This document shows positions 8,729 through 17,465 of a DNA stretch of 53,841 nucleotides, piece after piece. Source of the stretch: an uncultured Sphingomonadales bacterium. GTDB lineage: Bacteria > Pseudomonadota > Alphaproteobacteria > Sphingomonadales > Sphingomonadaceae. The notes under the pieces are model-generated. The model did no database searches. It had not been told where the DNA came from and saw only the letters and a program-made list of their open reading frames with translations. Where the stretch lies: positions 1-53,841 of the forward strand of contig CAKZNA010000122.1 of assembly GCA_937129355.1 (NCBI GenBank), read 5' to 3'. Within the stretch, counting starts at the first letter, position 1; each line of letters opens with the position of its first letter. A program made the translations under genes and the position numbers.

Positions 8729-10851
8729 TATATTTCTCCTTGTTGATCTGCATTAACTGTGGGATTTGGGAGTGCTGGGGTGGAATCCTTGCTGCCAATG
8801 GCGGCAATTACCTCGACGGATTTAGTTTCCGGAATTTCTAAAAACGAGAGCACCGGTACATCAGATAGCTGCGCTTGAATTAGTCGTGAAATGGCGGGCC
8901 GACAGATTGGTGAGGTTACAATCGCGCAGCTCCGTGCAGCCATCTGCAACGGCTCGACAGCGTCACTGACAGACCCGATAATCCGGTTCGCAAGTTCTGG
9001 CTCAAACGGCCATTGTGAATCCGACCCGGCTTTGACCGATTGGGTCAATAATCCTTCCAACTCGCCATCAAAGGTAATGGCAGGAAGCGGCATTTTCACA
9101 GGAACGATCGTCTGGACGATCAAGCCGCCCAATTGTTGTCGGACCGCCTCGATCAAAGCGGGCGTTTCCAGCTCCGCACCGCCGACATTGACCATGGCTT
9201 CCGCAATCTTCCGGAAATCTTTTAAAGGAATGCGCTCTTTTAATAGCGCCCTGCACAGTTTTGTGATGGAGGCCAGAGAATAGGGTTGCGGCGTCAGGCC
9301 TTCGGCCAGATGTGGATATGCTTCCTTTAGCGTATCTAGCATTGCCTGTGTTTCATCCATGCCGAACAGTTCATCGGCATTGGCGGAAATTACATTGTTG
9401 ATATGCGTCGCAATTACGGTCGGCGCATCCACAACAGTATAGCCTGCTGCGACCGCATCTGAACGCTTGTCCTGTGCTATCCAAAGAGCATCCAGTCCAA
9501 AGCTTGGATCTTTTACAGCCCTGCCTTCTATACCCTCCAGACAGTCGCCCGAATCCAGCGCTAGCAGTTCTTTGGAATGGACTTCATCTTCGCCAATTGT
9601 GACACCAGCGATATTGATACGGTAAGCATTGCCAGGAAGTTGCAGGTTATCTTTCACTTTGACCAACGGCAAAACGAAGCCCAGTTCGCGTGATAGCTGC
9701 CTGCGGATGCCGGTAATACGGCTCATCAACGGGGCGCCTTTATCTTCGTCCACAAGCTCAACCAGTGAATAGCCTACCTCAAGTGTAATTGGCGCCGTCT
9801 CGCTTACATCGCTCCAATTTATGACATGTGGTGGGTCTTTCTCGGCAACTGGTTCTTCGGCTTCTTTTGCCACGATCGGATTTTTGCGAAGATACCAGAA
9901 CAGACCGGCAGCTATTGTTGCTGCGGGTAGGATAACCATTTGCGGCATCGCCGGGATCAGGCCCAACAAGCCCAATATGAAAGCCACCGGTCCCCATGCC
10001 TTGGCATGTCCAAACTGGTTGCCAATCTGGCCTGAGAGATCGAAAGGAGATGCGACGCGTGTGACGATGGCAGCAGCAGCAATAGAAAGCAGAAGTGCCG
10101 GTATTTGCGCAACCAATGCATCACCAATGGCTAGCAAGATGTATGTCTGGGCCGCGTCGCCCATGTTCATATCATGGCTGACCGTTCCTAGAATCAAGCC
10201 GCCGAAAATATTGACGAACAATATCAGCAAACCAGCAACGGCATCGCCTTTCACGAATTTTGAGGCACCATCCATTGAGCCGTAAAAATCTGCTTCGGTA
10301 GAAACGTCTTGCCGGCGTTGTTTTGCTTCTTCGGGCGTAACAAGCCCAGCGTTTAAATCGGCGTCAATTGCCATTTGTTTGCCGGGTAGTGCATCCAGCG
10401 TGAAGCGAGCCGAGACTTCCGAAACGCGGCCTGCGCCTTTCGTAATCACAACCAGATTTATGATGAGCAGAACGGCGAAGACGAACAAGCCGACAATATA
10501 ATCACCGCCGATAAGGAAACTGCCAAATGCTTCGATGATATTGCCTGCGGCCGTTGGTCCTAAATGACCATCCACCAAGACAACGCGCGTCGAAGCCACA
10601 TTGAGCGCCAGCCTGAAAAGTGTGGCGAGTAGCAATACTGTCGGGAATGCAGAAAAGTCGAGCGGTTTGGCCGCGTTCAGCGCCACCATCAATACGGCCA
10701 AGGAAATCATGATATTGGCGATAAAGCCAATGTCTAATACCATCGATGGGACCGGCACGATCATCAACATGACCAATGCCAGAATCGCTACCGGCAGTGC
10801 TCCGCTGCGGATGGTTGCGCTCCAGATGCGCATAGTGGCCAGAGAGTTCAT
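8728..10851 (-). CDS. flhA: flagellar export gate protein FlhA
   Basis: RLALNVASTRVVL, EVSARFTLDALPGKQMAIDADL, DFYGSMDGASKFVKGDA; start ATG 10851 overlaps upstream stop (ATGA). Confidence 0.97.
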   Translation of the reverse strand: MNSLATMRIWSATIRSGALPVAILALVMLMIVPVPSMVLDIGFIANIMISLAVLMVALNAAKPLDFSAFPTVLLLATLFRLALNVASTRVVLVDGHLGPTAAGNIIEAFGSFLIGGDYIVGLFVFAVLLIINLVVITKGAGRVSEVSARFTLDALPGKQMAIDADLNAGLVTPEEAKQRRQDVSTEADFYGSMDGASKFVKGDAVAGLLILFVNIFGGLILGTVSHDMNMGDAAQTYILLAIGDALVAQIPALLLSIAAAAIVTRVASPFDLSGQIGNQFGHAKAWGPVAFILGLLGLIPAMPQMVILPAATIAAGLFWYLRKNPIVAKEAEEPVAEKDPPHVINWSDVSETAPITLEVGYSLVELVDEDKGAPLMSRITGIRRQLSRELGFVLPLVKVKDNLQLPGNAYRINIAGVTIGEDEVHSKELLALDSGDCLEGIEGRAVKDPSFGLDALWIAQDKRSDAVAAGYTVVDAPTVIATHINNVISANADELFGMDETQAMLDTLKEAYPHLAEGLTPQPYSLASITKLCRALLKERIPLKDFRKIAEAMVNVGGAELETPALIEAVRQQLGGLIVQTIVPVKMPLPAITFDGELEGLLTQSVKAGSDSQWPFEPELANRIIGSVSDAVEPLQMAARSCAIVTSPICRPAISRLIQAQLSDVPVLSFLEIPETKSVEVIAAIGSKDSTPALPNPTVNADQQGEI

Positions 10852-11693
10852 TTGGCTCTCCAACTCATGGCTTCAAGCCGTTCGTAGGTGCTTTTCGCAA
10901 AATCTATAGATAGTTTTTGCGGCATTGGTTCTATACCAAGCATTCGCAGAGGCGGTCCTTCCGCTTCGTTGGCTTTGCTAACAATCTGGGTTTGAAATCC
11001 ATTTGAAAGGCCGTAACTGTCGGTGGATACAAATCGTGCTGTAGGCGAAACTGAATATGCCGGATTCTTGGCATTCAACTTTGTTTCAAAAAGGCTTCTT
11101 ATTTCGCCGAAACTGCGTGCGTGCCCAGACTTTTCGTAGAAAATACCGCGATTGGCTGATGCGGCCTTTTGAAATAGAGGGGCCGCAGCTTTATCAGGGT
11201 TGTGATCCATCGCTTTTAGGAAGCGCGTAGCGCCATTAGCGCCAAGAAAATGGGCAAGATAGAGATCAACTGGCTCGGGCTTTCGGCCTAGCGCAGATTG
11301 CAGATGACTTTGGTTGTCGCCAGCGAACTCAGCTGCCATGGCTGACGCCGCCTCTGGTTCGTTGCGTAACGCATATATCGCTGATTTCTGGGAATGGTCT
11401 GAAACGGAGAATCGGCCGCTTGGGTGCTGTCGTATGGCGTTTGCGGCCCAATCCAGACCATGAGCTGCGCCATGCTCTTTAACAGTGGCCAGCCATGTCT
11501 GGCGCGTAAACTGATACAATCCCGATGCGCTAGACGTTGATGCTTTTGCAGACGGGTTGAAATTGCTTTCAACTCTTGCTTGCGAAACCAGATAGTCAAA
11601 ATCCACACCGGTTCTTTGCGACGCGCTGGCAATCGCGGTTTGTACCCGGGATTGAATTGGCTTGCTTTGGGATGATGGAATATGCTCAGGCAT
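10848..11693 (-). CDS. flagellum-associated lytic transglycosylase (SLT domain)
   Basis: ARVESNFNP catalytic Glu, SASGLYQF, LYLAHFLG; first gene after a sigma54 promoter. Confidence 0.85.
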   Translation of the reverse strand: MPEHIPSSQSKPIQSRVQTAIASASQRTGVDFDYLVSQARVESNFNPSAKASTSSASGLYQFTRQTWLATVKEHGAAHGLDWAANAIRQHPSGRFSVSDHSQKSAIYALRNEPEAASAMAAEFAGDNQSHLQSALGRKPEPVDLYLAHFLGANGATRFLKAMDHNPDKAAAPLFQKAASANRGIFYEKSGHARSFGEIRSLFETKLNAKNPAYSVSPTARFVSTDSYGLSNGFQTQIVSKANEAEGPPLRMLGIEPMPQKLSIDFAKSTYERLEAMSWRAK

Positions 11694-11726
11694 TGTCTCT
11701 TTCCGGTTGATACCGAGAGACTGTTC

Positions 11727-11742
11727 AGCAACAGCTATGCCA
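11727..11742 (-). promoter_or_regulatory. sigma54 -24/-12 promoter for slt-flhA-fliA
   Basis: minus strand TGGCAT-AGCTG-TTGCT. Confidence 0.8.
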
Positions 11743-11771
11743 ATAATTAAAAATACATATTAATCATGAAC

Positions 11772-12089
11772 TTATTCTGTATTCACGTATCCGTTTGGAG
11801 TTGGTAGTCCGCGCAACTCGGACAGACGGTCAATTCTTTGACGGGTCCAGTTTGCTAGACAATTCGTGCGGATACTGGCTGCGGCAGATTGCCGGATGGC
11901 GAAATCCACCGTCTGAACATCGATTGGATTTGACAGGCCGGAAATCGAACCACGAAGCGATTGCGCCTCTGCTATAAGTTTGGAGAGCGAACTTGTATTT
12001 GCCTCGATCGCATCGACATCCTGATTGTCCAGAGCATCAATGAGCGATGCCTGGCAGTCGGAAATTCGGTCTATAAGGCTCTGGTTCAT
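11772..12089 (-). CDS. probable FlgN-like flagellar chaperone
   Basis: 105 aa helical protein overlapping the flgM stop (canonical flgN position); C-terminal GY motif. Confidence 0.6.
   Translation of the reverse strand: MNQSLIDRISDCQASLIDALDNQDVDAIEANTSSLSKLIAEAQSLRGSISGLSNPIDVQTVDFAIRQSAAASIRTNCLANWTRQRIDRLSELRGLPTPNGYVNTE
11829..11842. promoter_or_regulatory. putative FleQ-type enhancer box inside the flgN-like CDS
   Basis: GTCA-ATTCTT-TGAC, ~87 bp upstream of the 11727-11742 sigma54 promoter. Confidence 0.5.
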
Positions 12090-12382
12090 TTCACCTCTTT
12101 GCCGTCAAAGCCAAGCATAGCACCTGCTACATCTTCATGGCTTGCGTGATAACTGCCCTGCGCGATCGCCGTACGGATCTGGGCGACTTTTGTGTAGTCG
12201 ACTGGGACGCCTTGCTCAACAAGCTGCTGCGCTAAACCAATGAGTTCCGGCAGCGATTGCGCTGTTTCAATTTTCGCATTGCTGACATTTGCCGCAACGC
12301 TGCTTCTTTTTGGTGTCACGTCTGTTGGCATCGGTTTTGCCGTTGCCACTTTGACGGCGCCAAATGATACTGGATCAACCAT
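12086..12382 (-). CDS. flgM: anti-sigma28 factor FlgM
   Basis: VDYTKVAQIRTAIAQGSY...VAGAML C-terminal motif; downstream of flgA. Confidence 0.88.
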   Translation of the reverse strand: MVDPVSFGAVKVATAKPMPTDVTPKRSSVAANVSNAKIETAQSLPELIGLAQQLVEQGVPVDYTKVAQIRTAIAQGSYHASHEDVAGAMLGFDGKEVK

Positions 12383-12437
12383 CTTTCACGTCCTTTTGCC
12401 ATTCTGCCTGTCGGAAAAGTGACAGGCTACACAGGCA

Positions 12438-12464
12438 ATAACGACCAAGAACGGCGCAGTTTTA
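12438..12464 (-). promoter_or_regulatory. sigma28 promoter for flgM-flgN
   Basis: minus strand TAAA-N15-GTCGTTAT. Confidence 0.75.
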
Positions 12465-12479
12465 TAGTGGAATCAAAAT

Positions 12480-12977
12480 TTAGTTAATAATTTCTACGAC
12501 CCCGCGGCGAACCACACGCGCGACAAGCGGTGTTCTTGACCTTGTTGATTTTATCCGAATATCTTCGCCTGCTTTGCCATTTTCCATGGCGACCGCACTT
12601 GACGATACCGAAAAGCTGGATCCTGAAACCCGTATTTCTACAGCTTCCCCTTTACGCACCACGACTTTGTTATTTTGTGACGCGTTTGCATGTTCGTATT
12701 GGCCGGTTCTCGCTTGCTTAATCGCCACTCGTATCCGCCATCCCAGTTGAGAGCAGCGAACCGCCAGTGCTGTTTCAGATTGCTGTTCAATGGTAGCTGG
12801 CGATGGGCAACGCGCAAGCTTCACCCTTTTGTCTATCGGGCGCGCTACGCCGCCCTGCTGTCCGGCTATCAGGGCTATCCGCTTGTCTAGCAGTTCTACA
12901 TCTTCCAACAGCGCGGTATTGGCCGCTATCATCAATGTGACTGTGAATATCGTATTAGCAGGCATGATTATCTCCAT
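12480..12977 (-). CDS. flgA: P-ring formation chaperone FlgA (short form)
   Basis: signal peptide, LARCP...VRC..GW, VVRKGEAV...AMENGKAGEDIRIK; divergent from flgB. Confidence 0.85.
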   Translation of the reverse strand: MEIIMPANTIFTVTLMIAANTALLEDVELLDKRIALIAGQQGGVARPIDKRVKLARCPSPATIEQQSETALAVRCSQLGWRIRVAIKQARTGQYEHANASQNNKVVVRKGEAVEIRVSGSSFSVSSSAVAMENGKAGEDIRIKSTRSRTPLVARVVRRGVVEIIN

Positions 12978-13025
12978 TTATCTAGCGCCAACAAAAAAAG
13001 GCGTCGTTGTTCTGGCAGTCAGCGA

Positions 13026-13041
13026 AGCAAGGGATGTGCCA
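13026..13041 (-). promoter_or_regulatory. sigma54 promoter for flgA
   Basis: minus strand TGGCAC-ATCCC-TTGCT. Confidence 0.85.
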
Positions 13042-13084
13042 ACATCGCTATTCTTATGGTTTCAGCAGAGTTGCGGCGGCGATT

Positions 13085-13131
13085 GCCAAATAACCGACAT
13101 TTGCGGCGTCAAGGGCTGACATAAATTTGAC
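13085..13131. promoter_or_regulatory. putative FleQ-type enhancer boxes between the divergent flgA and flgB promoters
   Basis: GCCA-AATAAC-CGAC (13085-13098) and GACA-TAAATT-TGAC (13118-13131). Confidence 0.45.
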
Positions 13132-13174
13132 GGGTGCGCCATAATATATTGTTTTAAAAAAGAAATAATAGAGT

Positions 13175-13190
13175 TGGCACGGTAGTTGCT
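13175..13190 (+). promoter_or_regulatory. sigma54 promoter for the flgB operon
   Basis: TGGCAC-GGTAG-TTGCT preceded by an AT-rich tract. Confidence 0.87.
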
Positions 13191-13256
13191 ATGAAGGTTC
13201 CGAACCTTTGTCGGACAGCCATTCTCGGCAGGGGTACAATTTTGAAAGGAAGCATC

Positions 13257-13598
13257 ATGGCGTCGACAGACCGCCTTTTTGGAATACATGCGGAGGCATT
13301 GAAACTGCGTCAACAACGCATGAACATGCTTGCGTCCAATATCGCCAATGCCGCCACGCCAAATTATAAAGCGCGTGACATCGACTTCGGATCGGCGCTG
13401 CGCATGGCCGAACAAGGTCAGTCCACTGATGCCGCCATTAAATACCGTATTCCCGTGCAGCCATCACTGGATGGCAACACAGTGGAGCTTTCTACCGAAC
13501 AGACCGCCTTTGCAGAAAATGCGCTCGCCTATCGGTCAAGCCTGTCTTTCTTACAGGGCAAAATCAATACGATTAACCGTGCATTGAGAGGAGAATAG
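13257..13598 (+). CDS. flgB: basal-body rod protein FlgB
   Basis: LASNIANAATPNYKARDIDF, SLDGNTVE; start 13257 after AAGGA (ORF-track start abuts the -12 box). Confidence 0.95.
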   Translation: MASTDRLFGIHAEALKLRQQRMNMLASNIANAATPNYKARDIDFGSALRMAEQGQSTDAAIKYRIPVQPSLDGNTVELSTEQTAFAENALAYRSSLSFLQGKINTINRALRGE

Positions 13599-13600
13599 AG

Positions 13601-14005
13601 ATGGAACAACAGCTTTCCATTTTTGACATTTCGGGCCGTGCGATGTCCGCGCAGCTTGTGAGGTTGAACACAACCGCTTCCAATCTCGCCAATGCTGGAA
13701 CTGTATCGGGTAGCGAGCAAGAGGCATTCCGCGCAATGAAGCCGGTTTTCCGGACTGTTATGGGCGAAAATGGGACCGCAACGGTTGCCGTTGATCGCAT
13801 CGACACAACAACATCTGCTCCCGTTCAAAAATATGACCCGGATCATCCGATGGCGGATGGCGACGGTAATGTTTGGGAAGCTGCCGTTGATAGCGCGCAA
13901 GAGCTTGTCGAGATGATGGAAACATCCCGTCAATATCAAAACAACGTTCAGGTATTGCAAACCGCAAAAGGCCTGATTTCAGAAACATTGAGGTTAGGCC
14001 AATGA
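13601..14005 (+). CDS. flgC: basal-body rod protein FlgC
   Basis: RLNTTASNLANA, YDPDHPMADGDGNV, ELVEMMETSRQYQNN. Confidence 0.95.
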   Translation: MEQQLSIFDISGRAMSAQLVRLNTTASNLANAGTVSGSEQEAFRAMKPVFRTVMGENGTATVAVDRIDTTTSAPVQKYDPDHPMADGDGNVWEAAVDSAQELVEMMETSRQYQNNVQVLQTAKGLISETLRLGQ

Positions 14006-14322
14006 CAATATCTACATCATCCAACATTACTGAAAGCCTGAACGGTGTTCGTATAGAACCCCAAGGCAGCAACCCGAATGACAATCTCGATCAGTCAGCC
14101 TTTCTCAGGTTGATGACCACGCAATTGCAGGCACAAGATCCGCTTTCGCCGATTGATAACCAGCAAATGGTCGCGCAAATGGCGCAATTTTCCAGCGTGG
14201 CGGGTATTTCGGAAATGAATAATTCCCTGAAAGCCATTGCCGACCAAATCAGTGAACAAACTACTTTGCTGCAAGATATTCGCGTTGCCAGCGCGGCAAC
14301 GCCAGAAACCACTTCTAACTAA
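14002..14322 (+). CDS. flgD: hook cap FlgD (N-terminal domain only, 106 aa)
   Basis: FLRLMTTQLQAQDPLSPIDNQQMVAQMAQFS. Confidence 0.92.
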   Translation: MTISTSSNITESLNGVRIEPQGSNPNDNLDQSAFLRLMTTQLQAQDPLSPIDNQQMVAQMAQFSSVAGISEMNNSLKAIADQISEQTTLLQDIRVASAATPETTSN

Positions 14323-14333
14323 GGAGACAACTT

Positions 14334-15161
14334 ATGTCATTTTATACATCCCTTTCCGGCCTGCGCGGCGCGCAAACCGACCTCTCGGTCGTTTCAAACA
14401 ACCTGGCCAATGTTGGGTCAACCGGCTTTAAGCGCAGTAAGGCGCAATTTGGTGATCTGTTTTCCAGTGCACCGACCCAGTCCAGCAAGATGACCGCTGG
14501 ACACGGCACGCGGGTAAATGGTGTGATCCAACAATTCACCCAAGGCACGTTGGAAGCTACAGACAAGTCGCTTGATCTCGCCATAGCGGGTGACGGCTTC
14601 TTTGTTGTGCGGGGCGATCCGCCACGCGAAGACGTAAGCTATACTCGCAACGGTTCCTTCACCGTGCAAGCGGATCGTAGCGTGGTGGACTCGATCGGAT
14701 CAACATTGCAATTGCTGCCGGTTGATGCAGCAGGAAATGTCACCTCAACGGCGCTCGCCGATGCAACAGATTTTGTTCTACCCACTAATTCCACTGCCAA
14801 CCCGTCTGCCAGTCTGGTTAATGTTTCCATCGGTATTGATGGCCTTGTAACTGCAACCTACTCGGACGGTTCGGATGAGGCGTTGGGCAAGGTAGCCATG
14901 GCTAGCTTTACCGCACAAGAAGGCCTGCGCCCTATCGGAGATTCCCATTGGCAATCAACCGGTGATAGCGGACAGGCCTCGATCAACAGCGCGACCAATG
15001 GACCATTGGGTGCAATTCGTGCCGGCGCTTTGGAAAGAGCCAATGTTGATGTGACCGAAGAGCTTGTTTCTTTGATCGCAGCGCAAAGGAATTTTCAGGC
15101 CAACGCAAAGGCGATCGAGACAGCCTCCACGCTGACCCAGACCATCGTCAACATCAACTGA
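14334..15161 (+). CDS. flgE: hook protein FlgE (short, 275 aa)
   Basis: SNNLANVGSTGFK, YTRNGSF, ELVSLIAAQRNFQANAKAI; position after flgD. Confidence 0.9.
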   Translation: MSFYTSLSGLRGAQTDLSVVSNNLANVGSTGFKRSKAQFGDLFSSAPTQSSKMTAGHGTRVNGVIQQFTQGTLEATDKSLDLAIAGDGFFVVRGDPPREDVSYTRNGSFTVQADRSVVDSIGSTLQLLPVDAAGNVTSTALADATDFVLPTNSTANPSASLVNVSIGIDGLVTATYSDGSDEALGKVAMASFTAQEGLRPIGDSHWQSTGDSGQASINSATNGPLGAIRAGALERANVDVTEELVSLIAAQRNFQANAKAIETASTLTQTIVNIN

Positions 15162-15173
15162 GGTTAGACCAAG

Positions 15174-15917
15174 ATGGATCGCCTTATCTATACCAGCCTG
15201 ACCGCAATGCGGGGAGCAATGGCCCGTCAAACCGCGACTGCCAATAATTTGGCCAATGCGCAAACACCGGGTTTTCGCGCGGATATTGCCGAGGCTCAAG
15301 CAAAATGGCTTGATGGTGACGGATTTAATTCGCGTGCCATGTCTTCGGAACGGGTGATGGCCAGCAATATGCAGGCCGGCACTGTGACGACCACCGGACG
15401 TGATCTGGATGTCGCAATGGCGGGAGACGTGCTGCTGGCGGTTCAGGCTGCGAATGGTGATGAATCCTACACGCGCAGAGGCGATCTCCAATTGTCCGAC
15501 AACGGTTTGCTGATTACTGGCGACGGCCACCCGGTAATGGGCGGTCAGGGAACGGTATCCATACCGCCGGCGGACAGCGTATCCATTGATGCCGAAGGGC
15601 GTATTTGGATTGTGCCTCAAGGAGGAGATGCAAGCCAACCCCAAGAGGTTGATCGTTTGCGGCTCGCGAGTCCCACCGGATCTGACATTACCAAGGGCTT
15701 GGACGGACTGTTCAGGGTCAAGGGCGGCGGAGTTTTACCGCAGGATCCAGACGCGAAGGTGATGACCAGGTCGTTGGAAGGTTCCAATGTCCAGACCACC
15801 AGCACGCTTGTCGAAATGATCGAAGCCAGCCGGGCATGGGATGCACAGCTTAAACTGCTTAGTGATGTGCGCCAACTTGACGATTCCACCGCAGATTTGA
15901 TGCAATTGCCACAATAG
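15174..15917 (+). CDS. flgF: basal-body rod protein FlgF
   Basis: MDRLIYT, ANNLANAQTPGFRAD, YTRRGDL, LEGSNV. Confidence 0.93.
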   Translation: MDRLIYTSLTAMRGAMARQTATANNLANAQTPGFRADIAEAQAKWLDGDGFNSRAMSSERVMASNMQAGTVTTTGRDLDVAMAGDVLLAVQAANGDESYTRRGDLQLSDNGLLITGDGHPVMGGQGTVSIPPADSVSIDAEGRIWIVPQGGDASQPQEVDRLRLASPTGSDITKGLDGLFRVKGGGVLPQDPDAKVMTRSLEGSNVQTTSTLVEMIEASRAWDAQLKLLSDVRQLDDSTADLMQLPQ

Positions 15918-15927
15918 GAGACATGAT

Positions 15928-16716
15928 ATGACAACCGGAGCATTGCAAGTCGCACGTACTGGGCTTGAAGCACAAAATACCAGAATGCAGGTCATCGCGA
16001 ACAATTTGGCCAACGTAAATACTGTCGGCTTTAAGCGCGACCGCGCCAGTTTTGAAACGCTCGCTTATCAAGCAATTGTAAATCCCGGCGCGCCTTCGGC
16101 AGGCGATAATTTATACGCTGTCGGAAAGAATTTAGGCACTGGTGTGCAAATGACGGGTATTGCTCGGATGGACACGCAAGGATCGTTGACAACGACCAAT
16201 AATGCATTGGATGTCGCCATCGAGGGTGCTGGGTATTTTCAGATACAAATGCCCGACGGCACCACGGGATATACACGAGCCGGCGATTTCAATCTTTCAC
16301 CCGAGGGTACTATTGTCACGCCCGACGGCATGCCTATCCAGCCGCAAATCCAGATACCCGCGGATGCAACGGGCATATCTATTGGTGTCGATGGCACGGT
16401 ATCGGCGAGCGTCGCAGGACAGTCAGAAGCAACCAATCTCGGACAGATCGAGATTGCCCGCTTCGTCAATCCATCCGGCCTGCGTTCAATTGGCAACAAC
16501 CTGCTTTTGGAAACCGGAGCGTCGGGCGCACCGCAGGTTGGTATCGCGGGGCAAGACGGTAGAGGGTCACTGCGCGCTGGTGCGCTGGAAACTTCGAATG
16601 TCAATGTTGTCAAAGAACTGGTCGACATGATCGAGACCCAGCGCGCCTATGAAGTTAACAGCCGGATGATCCAGGCCACAGACGAGATGATGCAAAATGC
16701 CACACAACAACTCTAA
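15928..16716 (+). CDS. flgG: distal rod protein FlgG
   Basis: ANNLANVNTVGFKRDRASFETLAYQ, LETSNVNVVKELVDMIETQRAYE. Confidence 0.96.
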   Translation: MTTGALQVARTGLEAQNTRMQVIANNLANVNTVGFKRDRASFETLAYQAIVNPGAPSAGDNLYAVGKNLGTGVQMTGIARMDTQGSLTTTNNALDVAIEGAGYFQIQMPDGTTGYTRAGDFNLSPEGTIVTPDGMPIQPQIQIPADATGISIGVDGTVSASVAGQSEATNLGQIEIARFVNPSGLRSIGNNLLLETGASGAPQVGIAGQDGRGSLRAGALETSNVNVVKELVDMIETQRAYEVNSRMIQATDEMMQNATQQL

Positions 16717-17455
16717 TTTCACAATCAAGCGTTCGTCCCATCCCACATTTGGGGACGAGCAGGCAGGGCGGGATCATCTGGTCCTTTGTTTCCCGTCCTG
16801 CCTGCATTTCCTGCCGATATTGCTGCTCACCGCCACGGCGGCTTGCGGCGGCGGGGAAAGGCCGAAAATCAACTACACACCAGTGACTGCTGTTGCAGCT
16901 CCGACCGATGTCGCCGGAGCAAATAATGGCGCGATATTCCAAAGCGCTGCATATTCGCCGCTGACTTCAGGCTCGAAAGCGGCCCGTGTCGGCGATATAA
17001 TTACCATAGTATTGGCGGAGCGTACAAATGCGAGCAAGTCCAACGGTGCAACAACCGGCAGGGACGGGAGCATTGGTCTGACGCCTCCTGCAACGGGGAA
17101 GTTGGCACTCTTTGGACCGACAGATGTAAATATGTCCGGCAGCCAGTCGTTTAAGGGGCAGGGAAAAGCTTCCCAGTCAAATACTCTGTCTGGAGAAATC
17201 ACCGTGACCGTTGCAGAAATACTTCCAAATGGCGTAATGCGTGTGCGAGGCGAGAAGCTGTTAACGTTAAACCGCGGAGACGAAAGTATCCAGCTCACCG
17301 GATTGGTCCGGCCAGCCGATATCAACTCTAACAACAAGGTGCTGTCGAGCCGGGTTGCCGATGCGCAGATCTCCTATTTTGGCAAAGGCGAGATTGCTCG
17401 TGCGTCCAAACAGGGATGGTTGCAGCGCTTTTTTTCAATCATCAGTCCATTTTGA
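16697..17455 (+). CDS. flgH: L-ring lipoprotein FlgH (start uncertain)
   Basis: lipobox-like TAAC, VGDIITIVLAE, GLVRPADI, SSRVADAQISY, GWLQRFF. Confidence 0.93.
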   Translation: MPHNNSNFTIKRSSHPTFGDEQAGRDHLVLCFPSCLHFLPILLLTATAACGGGERPKINYTPVTAVAAPTDVAGANNGAIFQSAAYSPLTSGSKAARVGDIITIVLAERTNASKSNGATTGRDGSIGLTPPATGKLALFGPTDVNMSGSQSFKGQGKASQSNTLSGEITVTVAEILPNGVMRVRGEKLLTLNRGDESIQLTGLVRPADINSNNKVLSSRVADAQISYFGKGEIARASKQGWLQRFFSIISPF

Positions 17456-17465
17456 GTTTTGAGCC

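Noticed and set aside
13191..13256. ORF-track N-terminal extension of flgB
   Set aside because: Start lies immediately at the sigma54 -12 box, upstream of the expected transcript start
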